Numbered from the stretch's first letter, positions 35,894 through 44,742 are shown. The stretch: 64,000 bases of DNA from Lysobacterales bacterium (GCA_022844165.1 JALHMH010000004.1:10197-74196); one strand, 5' to 3'. The notes: a model not told the origin generated them from the letters alone. A program made the numbers and translations.

Positions 35894-37321
35894 TCACTCA
35901 AATCCGTTGCCGAACAATTGGTCGTCGCGGATGCGGAAGGCCCACATGTCGAAGTTCTGGGGATTGCCGAGGATGTCGCTGGTGATGTAACCGGCGGCGA
36001 CGAGGCGTCGCTGCGGGTCGAAGGCGATGGCGGAAAGGCCCGCATCGATGCTGGGGCTGTCGAGATTGTAGGTGCCGAAGCCGCCATCGCCGAACCCGGG
36101 ATCGGGCGCGCCACCGAGCGCCGGGTCGAAACGCACGAGATGGCCGCGCCAGCCGGGGCTGGTGAGCCCGGTGGTGAAAGCCAGGTAGACGCGACCGCGA
36201 TCGTCGCGTGCAATGTCGCCAAGGCTGACAAAGGCGCCGTCGCCGCCGCAGCAGGATGCGCGGGTGCTGGTGCTGCCGACCGTCGCCAGCGCAGAGGTGG
36301 CGAGGTCAAGTTCGCGGGCGCCGAAGGACGATGCCGGGACGTCGGGGCAGGCAGCGTTGTCGATGCTCTGCTGCTGCGCGATGTACGCGCGCGCGCCGGT
36401 CGAGACCACGGCCGTGTAGTAGAGCCAGCGCTGGCCGGCGTTGGCTGCGCAATCCAGAGGGGAGTCGACTCGCGCGTGTTCCAGCAGCCCGGTCGGTCCG
36501 AGCACGAGGGCGGTGCCGTAGGCGACGGATTCGCTCGAACGGCCAGTGTAGCCGACGACGACAAGTCGGCCGTTGGCATCCACGGCCATCCCTAAGAGGT
36601 AGTCGCGGTAGTCGCGGCGATTCTGCGAGTCGACATGGCCCCACCGGAAGGAAAACTCGTTGTTCCAGTTCGGACGTGCGCCGCCGGTGAGCGAGTAAGC
36701 GTTGACCCAGAGATCGATACTGGTGAACTGGTCAGCGAAGGGGGAGGAGCCGGCGACGAAGATGCCCCCTGCATCAGCGGCGATCGCGATCGGCTCCTGG
36801 TTGATGAAGCCCACCACGCCGCCGTTGCCGATGCTGGTGACCGGGTTGCCCGCGAAATTGATCAGGACGACGAAGCCGAACACGTTGCCGTCCACGAAGT
36901 TGCCTGCGATCGCGATGCCCACACCGGGCACGATCGCGGCGTCGGCGACGGTCACATCGCGGAGCATGCCGGATGAGGTCAGCTTGAAGCTTCGTTGACC
37001 CGTGCCGAAAAAGCCGGTGTTGAGCTGGCCGTTGGCATCGAGGCTGGTGATCGAGATGGCTTTCTGTACCGGCTGGACCCCGGCCGCGGTGACCCCGGTG
37101 CCGACCAGGTAGTGGGTGCCTGAGCTGGTGATCAGCAGGCGTTGCGGGGTGGACGACAGATAGGTACTGGTGCCGAGGAATGAGGTGATCTTGGCGAAGC
37201 CCTGCGGCGCGGCAAAGTCGGGGTCGCGGTTTGGGGTGTCGGCGCGGGACGTGCCAGCCGAAAGGAGGACGAGGCACAGCGAGATCTGGCGCAGGCAGAC
37301 AATCAGCGAACGGCAGAACAC
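35894..37321 (-). CDS. exported beta-propeller-type repeat protein (delta-60-repeat-like), ending ..LFGNGFE
   Basis: GTG 37321 (VFCRSLIVCLRQISLCLVLLSAGTSRA signal). It has recurring xDxNGxLdxxFgxxG-type segments (LDANGQLNTGFFGTGQ; DPGFGDGGFG). The terminal sequence is RIRDDQLFGNGFE*. Confidence 0.7.
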   Translation of the reverse strand: MFCRSLIVCLRQISLCLVLLSAGTSRADTPNRDPDFAAPQGFAKITSFLGTSTYLSSTPQRLLITSSGTHYLVGTGVTAAGVQPVQKAISITSLDANGQLNTGFFGTGQRSFKLTSSGMLRDVTVADAAIVPGVGIAIAGNFVDGNVFGFVVLINFAGNPVTSIGNGGVVGFINQEPIAIAADAGGIFVAGSSPFADQFTSIDLWVNAYSLTGGARPNWNNEFSFRWGHVDSQNRRDYRDYLLGMAVDANGRLVVVGYTGRSSESVAYGTALVLGPTGLLEHARVDSPLDCAANAGQRWLYYTAVVSTGARAYIAQQQSIDNAACPDVPASSFGARELDLATSALATVGSTSTRASCCGGDGAFVSLGDIARDDRGRVYLAFTTGLTSPGWRGHLVRFDPALGGAPDPGFGDGGFGTYNLDSPSIDAGLSAIAFDPQRRLVAAGYITSDILGNPQNFDMWAFRIRDDQLFGNGFE

Positions 37322-37452
37322 GATGCGGGCTCCGGGTGGCGACGCGGCGGGCTGCCGCGGCGCGCACTGTGCAAGCGCTGCCGAGCAGCTGCTTGATCAC
37401 CAGATTATCGGTACCTTATCGGCGCGCTCAGAGCACGTAAGGCATTGAACGA
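37292..37452. repeat. ~160-bp direct repeat, copy P (5' end + upstream region of the 35894..37321 gene)
   Basis: It is near-identical to 38490-38650 (caggcagacRatcagcgaacggcagaacacgatgcgggctccgggtggcgac...cagattatcggtaccttatcggcg). Confidence 0.8.
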
Positions 37453-37736
37453 AATAGGATTTGGCGTAGGAAGTTGCGCGCTGGCAGATGGCAACCGCTC
37501 GCTTCTGCGGCTCGATCGCCCCGGACGCCGTGTTTCGGAATGGCTTTGAGTTGGCGAATTGAGGGCAGCGTACAGCCGGCCGCACGCTGCAATAACCGGG
37601 TTGTCACACGAGGGTCGCCCCTACAACGGCACCACTTAACCCTGACGATTCACGCTCCTCTACTATCCGCTCAAGCCGCTTTCGCTCGTGGCGGCGCTGA
37701 GTTGCAATGCGTGAGCCCCAAGAAAGGAGGATTGAG

Positions 37737-38246
37737 ATGCCCGAGTACCGCAGGAACCTGGACATCTACCAGGGCTACAACTACACGAATGACAAGCAGA
37801 CACCGGTCGGCTTTATCACGCAGATGCAGATCGGCACCCTGGCGCTCGCTGCAGATCAGACGGTCAAAAACCCGAGCGACGCCACCATGGACCTGCAGGT
37901 CGTCGGCGTGATGAGCGGCGTCCTGTGGGAGACCGGCGTGACCGATGCCGTCTTCCTGGCGGCGCAGATCTCGATGACGAATCGCCAGGAAGTCGCGCGC
38001 CTGGTGATGGGCAGCCTCACCAACATCCAGGTCGTCTTCCAGTTCTCGATCTACGAGTACGATTCGCTCGCGCAGAGGTACTTCCTCGCGTTCCACAGCA
38101 CAAGCACGGACATGAACGGGGTGCTCCAAGCGCGCGGCGCGGAGCTCAACCTGTCTGTGGCCGACGATCCCTCGCCGGAGGTGCCGTCACCCGAGAACTA
38201 TGCGTTCCAGATCGCGATCAACCCGCGTAAGGCGGATTCCCCGTAG
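37737..38246 (+). CDS. hypothetical 169-aa protein, beta-rich, no recognised family
   Basis: A strong RBS (aaggagg) lies 6 nt before ATG 37737 (MPEYRRNLDIYQGYNYTNDK..). The TAG stop and the last codons lie inside repeat A3. Confidence 0.6.
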   Translation: MPEYRRNLDIYQGYNYTNDKQTPVGFITQMQIGTLALAADQTVKNPSDATMDLQVVGVMSGVLWETGVTDAVFLAAQISMTNRQEVARLVMGSLTNIQVVFQFSIYEYDSLAQRYFLAFHSTSTDMNGVLQARGAELNLSVADDPSPEVPSPENYAFQIAINPRKADSP

Positions 38247-38399
38247 GGTGGAACCCGCACACGCTTCATCGTGCGGATTCCACCGTTACGCGCACGGCAC
38301 GATGAACGATGGTTGTCGCGGGCCGGCGGCGGAAACCGCGCGGACGGATCGCGGCACGGTCATTGGATTCGGCGCGCGGGTTCCGCCCTACGTCTGCTG
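38243..38399. repeat. REP-like family A copy 3 (most complete; inverted ends gtagggtggaacccgc / gcgggttccgccctac)
   Basis: gtagggtggaacccgcacacgcttcatcgtgcggattccacc...cacggcacgatgaacgatggttgtcgcgggccggcggcggaaaccgcgcggacggatcgcggcacggtcattggattcggcgcgcgggttccgccctacgtctgctg. Confidence 0.7.
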
Positions 38400-38489
38400 T
38401 ACCTGGATGGGCAACCCATCGTCGGTGCGGCGATCGGTGCCGGCTCAGCGCGTCGGTTCTGATCTCGCCACGCTGCGCTGGCCTGGCAC

Positions 38490-38650
38490 AGGCAGACGAT
38501 CAGCGAACGGCAGAACACGATGCGGGCTCCGGGTGGCGACGCGGCGGGCTGCCGCGGCGCGCACTGTGCAAGCGCTGCCGAGCAGCTGCTTGATCACCAG
38601 ATTATCGGTACCTTATCGGCGTGCCAGGAGCATGTAAGTTGTTGAACGAG
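38490..38650. repeat. ~160-bp direct repeat, copy P' (orphan promoter / 5'-end remnant)
   Basis: See 37292-37452. It is preceded at 38403-38445 by a copy of 35819-35861, which lies just 3' of the intact gene. It is therefore a paralogue from which the gene body has been deleted. Confidence 0.8.
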
Positions 38651-38762
38651 AGAGGAGTTTGCGTGGCTCTGTCAACACGGAGATCGAGATGATGAAAGTG
38701 CTGCACGTCGCCCGGTCCGCGCCCGCCCTGGGCCGGGCGTTGCTGCTACGAGCGCCGCTGCG

Positions 38763-40145
38763 TCATGCTCGGTTTCGCCGTAGGAAGCTCACCTTCATGG
38801 GTGTTTTGGGTTTGAGTGCCAGGTCAACGAAGGGCTGCGGCAGTTCATCGCCTGATGCCAGATCAAGCTCGAAATGACGCACCAGATGGGCCGCAATCAG
38901 CGCGATTTCCACGCTGGCGAACTGCTGGCCTAAGCAAAACCGTGGGCCCGCGCCAAAGGGCATGAACGCGCCGCGCGGGATCGGCGGGGCGTCGGGCAGG
39001 AAGCGCCCCGGGTCGAAGGATTCCGGGTTCGCAAAGTAGCGTTCGTTGCGATGCATCTGCCAGATCGGCGCCACCACCAGGGTGCCCTTGCGCACGGCGG
39101 TTCCGGCAATCTCCAGATGGCGCTTGGCAACCCGCGTGAACAGGGCAGTGGAGGGCGGATAGATCCGCATGGCTTCCTTGATCGTCGCGTTCAGCAAAGG
39201 CAGGCGCGCCACGGCCGCGAGGTCCAGATTGTCGGCGAAAGCGGCATCGACTTCGGTGCGCAGCTCAGACATCACCTCCGGGTGGGTCGCCATCAAGCCG
39301 ATCCACCAGGTCAAGGCAGATGCGGACGTATCGAATCCTGCGCCGAACAGCAGCATGCAGTTGTCGAGGACTTCCTGGGTGCTGAGCCGGGCGGTGGCGT
39401 CACCCGCGGCCAGCATCATGTCCAGCACGTCGCCGTCGGCAGGGTCCGCTTCGGTCTGGCCTTCACCCCGACGCTGCAGACGCGCATCCACATGGGCCGC
39501 AATCAAGTCCCGCAGCGTCTTCAAATGTCTCATTTTCTCCGCGCGCCCTGGATACGGGAACCAAGCGGGCGGAACCAGCGCCCAATAGACCTCGCGCATG
39601 CTCTGGCGGGAGAGCGCACGGATCGCCACCGAGGCCTGGCGGGTTTCTTCGCGCGAGCTCGCATGGGAAAACAAGGTCCGCAGGATCACGTCCATGGTGA
39701 TGCGCGTGGTGAACGCATCGACATCGATGCTGGTGGATTGCCCTGAATCGGCAGGCAATTCCTGGCCCACGCAGTGGTCGATCGCCGCCTGCATCAGGGC
39801 CATATAGCCGCACATGCGTTTGGGCGAAAACGCGGGCGTGAGCAGGCGCCGCTGCCGTTCCCAGTCCGCGCCTTCGGTGGTCAGCACGTTCCTTCCTTGG
39901 AAGGACTCGAAGATGCGCAACAGGCGGGCTTCGCGCTCGAAATCATCGTGATGATCGACAAGGATCTTGCGGACTGCCTCCGGGGCGAAGAAATAAACGA
40001 TCCGGCGAAACAGGATGTCGAGTTCAGCCACGTCGCCGCACTGATGCTGCAATCGAGTGGCTGCAGCGAGGGGATCGGCCTGGATTGCCTTGAGCAGCGG
40101 CAGGCCGAGAAAAGGAGCTTTGATCACGTTGGAGTGATGGGACAT
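38763..40145 (-). CDS. cytochrome P450
   Basis: Heme-binding loop FGAGPRFCLGQQFA, EXXR (EAMRIYPP) and an I-helix-like LLFGAGFDTSAS. Start ATG 40145 (MSHHSNVIKAPFLG). Confidence 0.85.
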   Translation of the reverse strand: MSHHSNVIKAPFLGLPLLKAIQADPLAAATRLQHQCGDVAELDILFRRIVYFFAPEAVRKILVDHHDDFEREARLLRIFESFQGRNVLTTEGADWERQRRLLTPAFSPKRMCGYMALMQAAIDHCVGQELPADSGQSTSIDVDAFTTRITMDVILRTLFSHASSREETRQASVAIRALSRQSMREVYWALVPPAWFPYPGRAEKMRHLKTLRDLIAAHVDARLQRRGEGQTEADPADGDVLDMMLAAGDATARLSTQEVLDNCMLLFGAGFDTSASALTWWIGLMATHPEVMSELRTEVDAAFADNLDLAAVARLPLLNATIKEAMRIYPPSTALFTRVAKRHLEIAGTAVRKGTLVVAPIWQMHRNERYFANPESFDPGRFLPDAPPIPRGAFMPFGAGPRFCLGQQFASVEIALIAAHLVRHFELDLASGDELPQPFVDLALKPKTPMKVSFLRRNRA

Positions 40146-40173
40146 GAGGACGGTCCGATGGGAAAAATCTGGG

Positions 40174-40824
40174 TCAGCTCGCCGCCGCGTCACGCGCGCT
40201 TGCGACCCCGTACATCACGAGATCGAAGGCACTGAGAAAGCGCTGCGCAAGATCCGGCTCCGGTTCGGCCAGCCATGCATGGATCGCAGCGAACAACAGG
40301 TATTCGAAGTTCATCGCCAGTTGTTCTGCGCCTGGATCCGGCTTGACTTCGCCAGATTGCTGTGCGGCCCCAAACATCGCCGCCAGAATCTGGCGACCAT
40401 CACTGCTGGCGTCGACCGAAGCCGGGCTTCGTTCGTCAGGCCGCCGCGTCAGGTAGCGAATGTAGTGCGGCAGGTAGGCTCTGCGCTCACTGTGCCAGGC
40501 GGCGGACTCGCGCAGCAGGTAGCGCATTCTCGAATCGAATGTCCGATGCGTTTGCAACGCTTTCGCGCGTTCGGCCATGCCATCGGCAATGTCCAGGCGG
40601 AATCGATGGGCGATCAGCGCTTCTTTGACCGGGAAGTACTTGTAAAGCGTGGCCTTGGCGACATCGGCCACCTCGGCGACCTGCTCCATGGAGACCGCGT
40701 CGTAGCCGTGGGCCTCGAACAGACGGTAGGCGGTGGCCGACAGGTGATCGGCGGTCTGATCCTGCTTGCGCTGGCGGCGCGACATTTGAGGCTGGGCAGG
40801 GGTCACTGTAGTAGTCATTTGCAT
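40174..40824 (-). CDS. TetR-family transcriptional regulator
   Basis: HTH: ATAYRLFEAHGYDAVSMEQVAEVADVAKATLYKYFPVKEAL. The start is ATG 40824 or 40818. The stop is 29 nt upstream of the P450 start. Confidence 0.85.
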   Translation of the reverse strand: MQMTTTVTPAQPQMSRRQRKQDQTADHLSATAYRLFEAHGYDAVSMEQVAEVADVAKATLYKYFPVKEALIAHRFRLDIADGMAERAKALQTHRTFDSRMRYLLRESAAWHSERRAYLPHYIRYLTRRPDERSPASVDASSDGRQILAAMFGAAQQSGEVKPDPGAEQLAMNFEYLLFAAIHAWLAEPEPDLAQRFLSAFDLVMYGVASARDAAAS

Positions 40825-40857
40825 ACGACGTTCAAAACTATACGTCGTATGGAAATG
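40816..40857. promoter_or_regulatory. 16-bp inverted repeat (15/16) with a 10-bp spacer, containing the start codons of both divergent genes; candidate TetR operator
   Basis: catttgcatacgacgt (40816-40831), tcaaaactat, acgtcgtatggaaatg (40842-40857). Confidence 0.5.
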
Positions 40858-41220
40858 GAGATCAATCGAGAGGTTGGGGCTTTGTGGACCAATGTTCCAA
40901 CGTTCCTGACCGAGTTCGGCATCATTCAAAAGCGCTTCGAAAACGGCTGGTTTCGGGTTGGGTTCCACGATCCGGATGCGACGTCGATCAACGGCTTCCC
41001 CACGCCCGTGAACCGGCCGCCGCTGGTGGAAACCGGCGTCGTTGCGCCACTCGTGCCGGACCGCTACTTCGGACTGCCAGCAACAGGCTTCTGGGCTCTG
41101 CGCGTCGAGAACCAGAATGCCCGGCCGGGTGTGATCGGGTTCTACAGCGGCGCTTACTCGCATCGCGCCACGCGCGCTTGCTACAAGGGTCAGTTCGGCG
41201 CTTCTCAGCTGTGCGACTGA
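40849..41220 (+). CDS. hypothetical 123-aa protein divergent from TetR
   Basis: MEMEINREVGALWTNVPTFLTEFGIIQKRFENGWFRVGFHD... It has GC3-biased codons. Its start lies in the palindrome arm. I recognised no family. Confidence 0.45.
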   Translation: MEMEINREVGALWTNVPTFLTEFGIIQKRFENGWFRVGFHDPDATSINGFPTPVNRPPLVETGVVAPLVPDRYFGLPATGFWALRVENQNARPGVIGFYSGAYSHRATRACYKGQFGASQLCD

Positions 41221-41302
41221 CGCCGGAACAGGTTCTTGGTATGGATTGTGGCGCCTCGCGCGGCGGGAGCTAAAGCCGCGTTGGGCGACAGAGGAGGTGA
41301 GC

Positions 41303-41734
41303 GTGAATAACCTTTCCAATGTCTTCATATTCAAGATCGCCGCGACCGTGATCTTCTGGTGTATTCCGCTGATCATGCTTCCGGCCGAACTGCTCGCTGC
41401 CCTGGGTCTCCCTGACCAGCCGAGCTATCTGTTCGTCCGTCTGCTGGGCTGGGCGTATCTGGCGCTTTGTGTCGGCTACGCATTTGGTTTGTCCATGTCT
41501 CTACAAGGGCAAAGAGCTCTCGGCCCCATCTGGGTTGGAATGGTGAGCAATGGGGGCGCTTGCGCTTATCTGATGTAGTACGGCCTTTCAGGGGAGTGGG
41601 CCCGATGGGGCGGCTTCGTACAGTTCGTGCTTTGGTCGTCTATCGTCGCTACGGCTGCGATTACAACCGGGCTCTACGTCTTCGGCGTCAAAGGTGGTCT
41701 GCCGCCCACCAATTCGCTGCAGGCTGCGGCCTGA
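41303..41734 (+). pseudogene. small membrane protein interrupted by an in-frame TAG
   Basis: GAGGAGG RBS, then GTG 41303. VNNLSNVFIFKIAATVIFWCIPLIM...NGGACAYLM-TAG(41576-41578)-YGLSGEWARWGGFVQFVLWSSIVATAAITTGLYVFG... continues in the same frame to TGA 41732-41734. Confidence 0.45.
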
Positions 41735-42175
41735 GCTGCATCGGAATGAATGTCCTCGCCTTTGTGTTTGCGTCCTTGGGATGTGCAACGAGTAGTGGAT
41801 GAACCGAATTAGCGTGCTCAAAAATTAGGTCCTTAGTTGCTTTTTGGTTTATGAAGCGAAGGTCCAAAAATGTTCGAGCCGACCGCCGTCCCTTAGCTTG
41901 CATTTACCAACGCTGTCGCAGGGAACCGCACGTTATCTGGAGATTAAGGGCGCCGACCATGATCTCGTCTTGCACCGCACAGCTGAAGAGGCGTGCGCGG
42001 ATGCGGAGAGCACGCAGCGGCGAGACAAAGAGTTTTTCGACGCGCTCGCCCAGATGATGCGACAGGCGATGCGTTAGGACGCCTTCATTACAACGGGGCA
42101 GCCCGACACAGGAGTAGCATCCTGCAATCGTTCTCGATCACGAGACCCTGGGGCGCATTACCGATCGCTGAGCCA

Positions 42176-42385
42176 ATGACCAAAGAACTCAACACCTTTG
42201 TTGCCGCCTGGCGCGAGGCCTCGCCGATCCTGGAAGCGATGCGCGATGAGGAACTGCGCTCTACGCCGCTGCCGGTGGCGATGGCGCAGCTGTCCAGCAT
42301 GATCGACTCTGCCGTGTTCTTAAAGCCGCTATCGGACAGCTCGGGCCTGGTTGAAATGCAGCGCATTTTCGCCAAGCTGCGATGA
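42176..42385 (+). CDS. 69-aa protein, upstream partner of a minimal nucleotidyltransferase
   Basis: MTKELNTFVAAWREASPILEAMRDEELRSTPLPVAMAQLSSMIDSAVFLKPLSDSSGLVEMQRIFAKLR. Its stop overlaps the next ATG (ATGA). Confidence 0.55.
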   Translation: MTKELNTFVAAWREASPILEAMRDEELRSTPLPVAMAQLSSMIDSAVFLKPLSDSSGLVEMQRIFAKLR

Positions 42386-42792
42386 ACGTCCTGATCGATG
42401 CGGCGATAGCGGTGCAACGAGTGTTGGAAGAAGCCGGCATCGGTTTTTGCTTCATCGGTGGCTTTGCTGCACAACGCCACGCCGAACCTCGCGTCACGCG
42501 CGATGTCGATGTCGCCGTGCTCACCGGCTTGGGCAACGAAGCGCATGTCATCGACGTCTTGCTCGCCGCGTTCCCGGCGCGGCGCAGCGACGCGCGAGCA
42601 TTCGCCGAGCGCTATCGCGTTCTGCTGCTCAGCACGGCAGCCGGCGTCGGCATCGACGCCACGCTCACCGCGTTGCCATTCGAATCCGACATGATCGCCC
42701 GCTCCTCAAAGTTCGAATTCGCGCCAGGCGTTTTGTTGCAGATTTTCGACTTCTTCACGGCGCATCATCGCCACAGGCGGACTGTCCAGTAG
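42382..42792 (+). CDS. minimal nucleotidyltransferase-fold protein (136 aa)
   Basis: The NTase signature G-[GS]-x(9-13)-D-h-D-h is present: IGGFAAQRHAEPRVTRDVDVAVL. It is followed 9 nt later by the UDG-family gene. Confidence 0.6.
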   Translation: MNVLIDAAIAVQRVLEEAGIGFCFIGGFAAQRHAEPRVTRDVDVAVLTGLGNEAHVIDVLLAAFPARRSDARAFAERYRVLLLSTAAGVGIDATLTALPFESDMIARSSKFEFAPGVLLQIFDFFTAHHRHRRTVQ

Positions 42793-42801
42793 CACCGACA
42801 T

Positions 42802-43386
42802 ATGGGCGAATTCGAGAAGCTGTTGACAGAAGTACGGGCATGCATGTTGTGCAGCTGCCATTTGCCATTGGGCCCACGACCGGTGCTGCAGGCGCTGCCG
42901 AGCGCTCGCTTGTTGATCGTCGGCCAGGCGCCCGGACGGAAGGTCCACGAAACCGGCATTCCGTTTCGCGATGCCAGCGGCGATCGGCTACGCGACTGGA
43001 CAGGGCTATCCGACGAAGCGTTCTACGACGCGCGGCGCGTTGCGATACTGCCGATGGGCTTCTGCTATCCAGGAACGGGTAAATCGGGCGATCTGCCGCC
43101 GCGTCCAGAATGCGCGGCTGCATGGCGCGAGCGCTTACTCGCGGGTCTGAAGAAGATCAAACTCACGCTGGTCATCGGCGCCTATGCACAGGCCTACCAT
43201 TTGCCGGGCGCGAAGGGCACGCTCACCGAAATCGTGAGCGCCTGGCGCGATCATCTGCCCGCGCTCCTGCCGCTGCCGCATCCGAGTCCGAGGAACCAGC
43301 TGTGGCTCAGGCGCAATCCGTGGTTCGAGGAAGAGCTGCTGCCGGTGCTAAAGGATCGGGTTCGGGCGGCTTTGAGCGACTCCTAA
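42802..43386 (+). CDS. uracil-DNA glycosylase superfamily protein (family 4/5-like)
   Basis: VGQAPGRKVHETGIPF (GQAPG motif) and the C-terminal LPHPSPRN motif. Confidence 0.8.
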   Translation: MGEFEKLLTEVRACMLCSCHLPLGPRPVLQALPSARLLIVGQAPGRKVHETGIPFRDASGDRLRDWTGLSDEAFYDARRVAILPMGFCYPGTGKSGDLPPRPECAAAWRERLLAGLKKIKLTLVIGAYAQAYHLPGAKGTLTEIVSAWRDHLPALLPLPHPSPRNQLWLRRNPWFEEELLPVLKDRVRAALSDS

Positions 43387-43530
43387 AAAGCCATCCTTGG
43401 CATATCAGTCCAAGCCAGAACCGGCGCAGGTCCGGACCTGGCTTGGACACGGGTCAGCGCGATCGATTTGCGGTCAGACCATCGATCCGGCACCAGCAAC
43501 AAAACAATTACAGCATCGCCGAGGTCGACC

Positions 43531-44100
43531 TCAAAATCCGAGTTGCGTCATGCAGGAACCGGCCACCTGCTGCAGCAGCGCTGTAAACTGGCCTTTAGTG
43601 GCATCAAGCTGGGCCGGCGTTAGCAAGATCGAGTCGTCGAAGATGGGTGCGATCGGGTCGTAAGCAGCGCCGCCAACCGATTTGCGGGAAACGAGATCGG
43701 TCAGTTGGATTGCCAGTACCGCATGCAGCCCGGAAAACGGATCCAATCCAAAAACACTGCGCTGAAAAAGCCCAATCCCACGTTGGAGCTGATTGGTGCC
43801 GCCGATTTGGTCCGGGAATACGCCGGGCTCGATGTGCAAAAGCACATCGACAGCCAAGGTCTGTGTTGATGCGCGTTTGGCGTCGGTGCAGCGCGGCAAG
43901 ACCTTAACGTCGCTGAAAAGCGCGCTGCTCTGCAACGCAGCCAACACCGCCTGTTCGGTCGTGGCGGCAAATCGCCAGTCCGGGACCGGCTGCTCGGCAG
44001 AGTCGTTGTTGAACACCGTGGTGCCTATCCAGACGTTTTGCAGTTCGTCCCTCAAGCAGACGCTGACCCCAACGCTTCGGCCAGTCACGGCGGTACGCAT
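43531..44100 (-). CDS. hypothetical protein, possibly 5'-truncated at a duplication boundary
   Basis: The codon bias is plausible. The first ATG (44100) lies at the edge of the duplicated block that begins at 44096. I recognised no family. Confidence 0.4.
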   Translation of the reverse strand: MRTAVTGRSVGVSVCLRDELQNVWIGTTVFNNDSAEQPVPDWRFAATTEQAVLAALQSSALFSDVKVLPRCTDAKRASTQTLAVDVLLHIEPGVFPDQIGGTNQLQRGIGLFQRSVFGLDPFSGLHAVLAIQLTDLVSRKSVGGAAYDPIAPIFDDSILLTPAQLDATKGQFTALLQQVAGSCMTQLGF

Positions 44101-44146
44101 CGGGCCGGAGGCTCTCGGACTCGACCGTGCTACGGACGTAGCATGG

Positions 44147-44683
44147 CTACTTCTCGTGGATCGGATGGATGTCGGCTGGCGAGTCCGTCAGGGGTGCCGC
44201 AACTGGCTTCAGGAACAAAGACTGGGTGGCGTAGTCGATCACGGCGGCATGGGCGTCAAATACGTCCGCCCCGAGAACCACCTCGACATCGGCCGACCCA
44301 TTTGCTCGGAGCGGTGCATTCACGTGCTCGAAATCTAACCCGGCCGGGCCCGCCAGCCGCGGGATAAACGATCCAAGCTGCAAGACCGCGCCCTCGACCC
44401 AGTACTGATCGAGCGCGCCGCCGGCACCGGCTGCCTCTCGGTTCAACCACGTTGTGCGAAGACCGATGTCCCGAACCACCGACATGGCGACCACGGTGAT
44501 AGCAGCCCCGGTATCCACCAATACCTCTACCGGCCTGCCGTTGAGAATGCCGTCTGTGTGGAAATGACCCACGACGCTGCGCCTGAGCGGCAAGCGAACG
44601 TATCCATCGGCGGCCAGGAAGTCGGTCAACTCGCTCATAACATCAGGCTCCAAAGCCGATCGATTGTCAGCAACGACCGCCAA
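44147..44683 (-). CDS. retropepsin-like (clan AA) aspartic protease
   Basis: LVDTGAAITVV catalytic motif and a second-half GADVFDAHAAVIDY. The start is 44683 or 44638. Confidence 0.7.
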   Translation of the reverse strand: MAVVADNRSALEPDVMSELTDFLAADGYVRLPLRRSVVGHFHTDGILNGRPVEVLVDTGAAITVVAMSVVRDIGLRTTWLNREAAGAGGALDQYWVEGAVLQLGSFIPRLAGPAGLDFEHVNAPLRANGSADVEVVLGADVFDAHAAVIDYATQSLFLKPVAAPLTDSPADIHPIHEK

Positions 44684-44742
44684 ACGGCACGTTATTGGCC
44701 GCAGCGGACCGGTTCGGTGGTCGCGGTCTCCGGGCGCAAAGC

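Noticed and set aside
41844-42077. A 77-aa ORF in the lower-GC spacer upstream of the small-protein/NTase pair, considered as a possible third component.
   Set aside because: It has no RBS. It is not part of the duplicated block, which starts at 42089. The first half of the translation looks non-coding.
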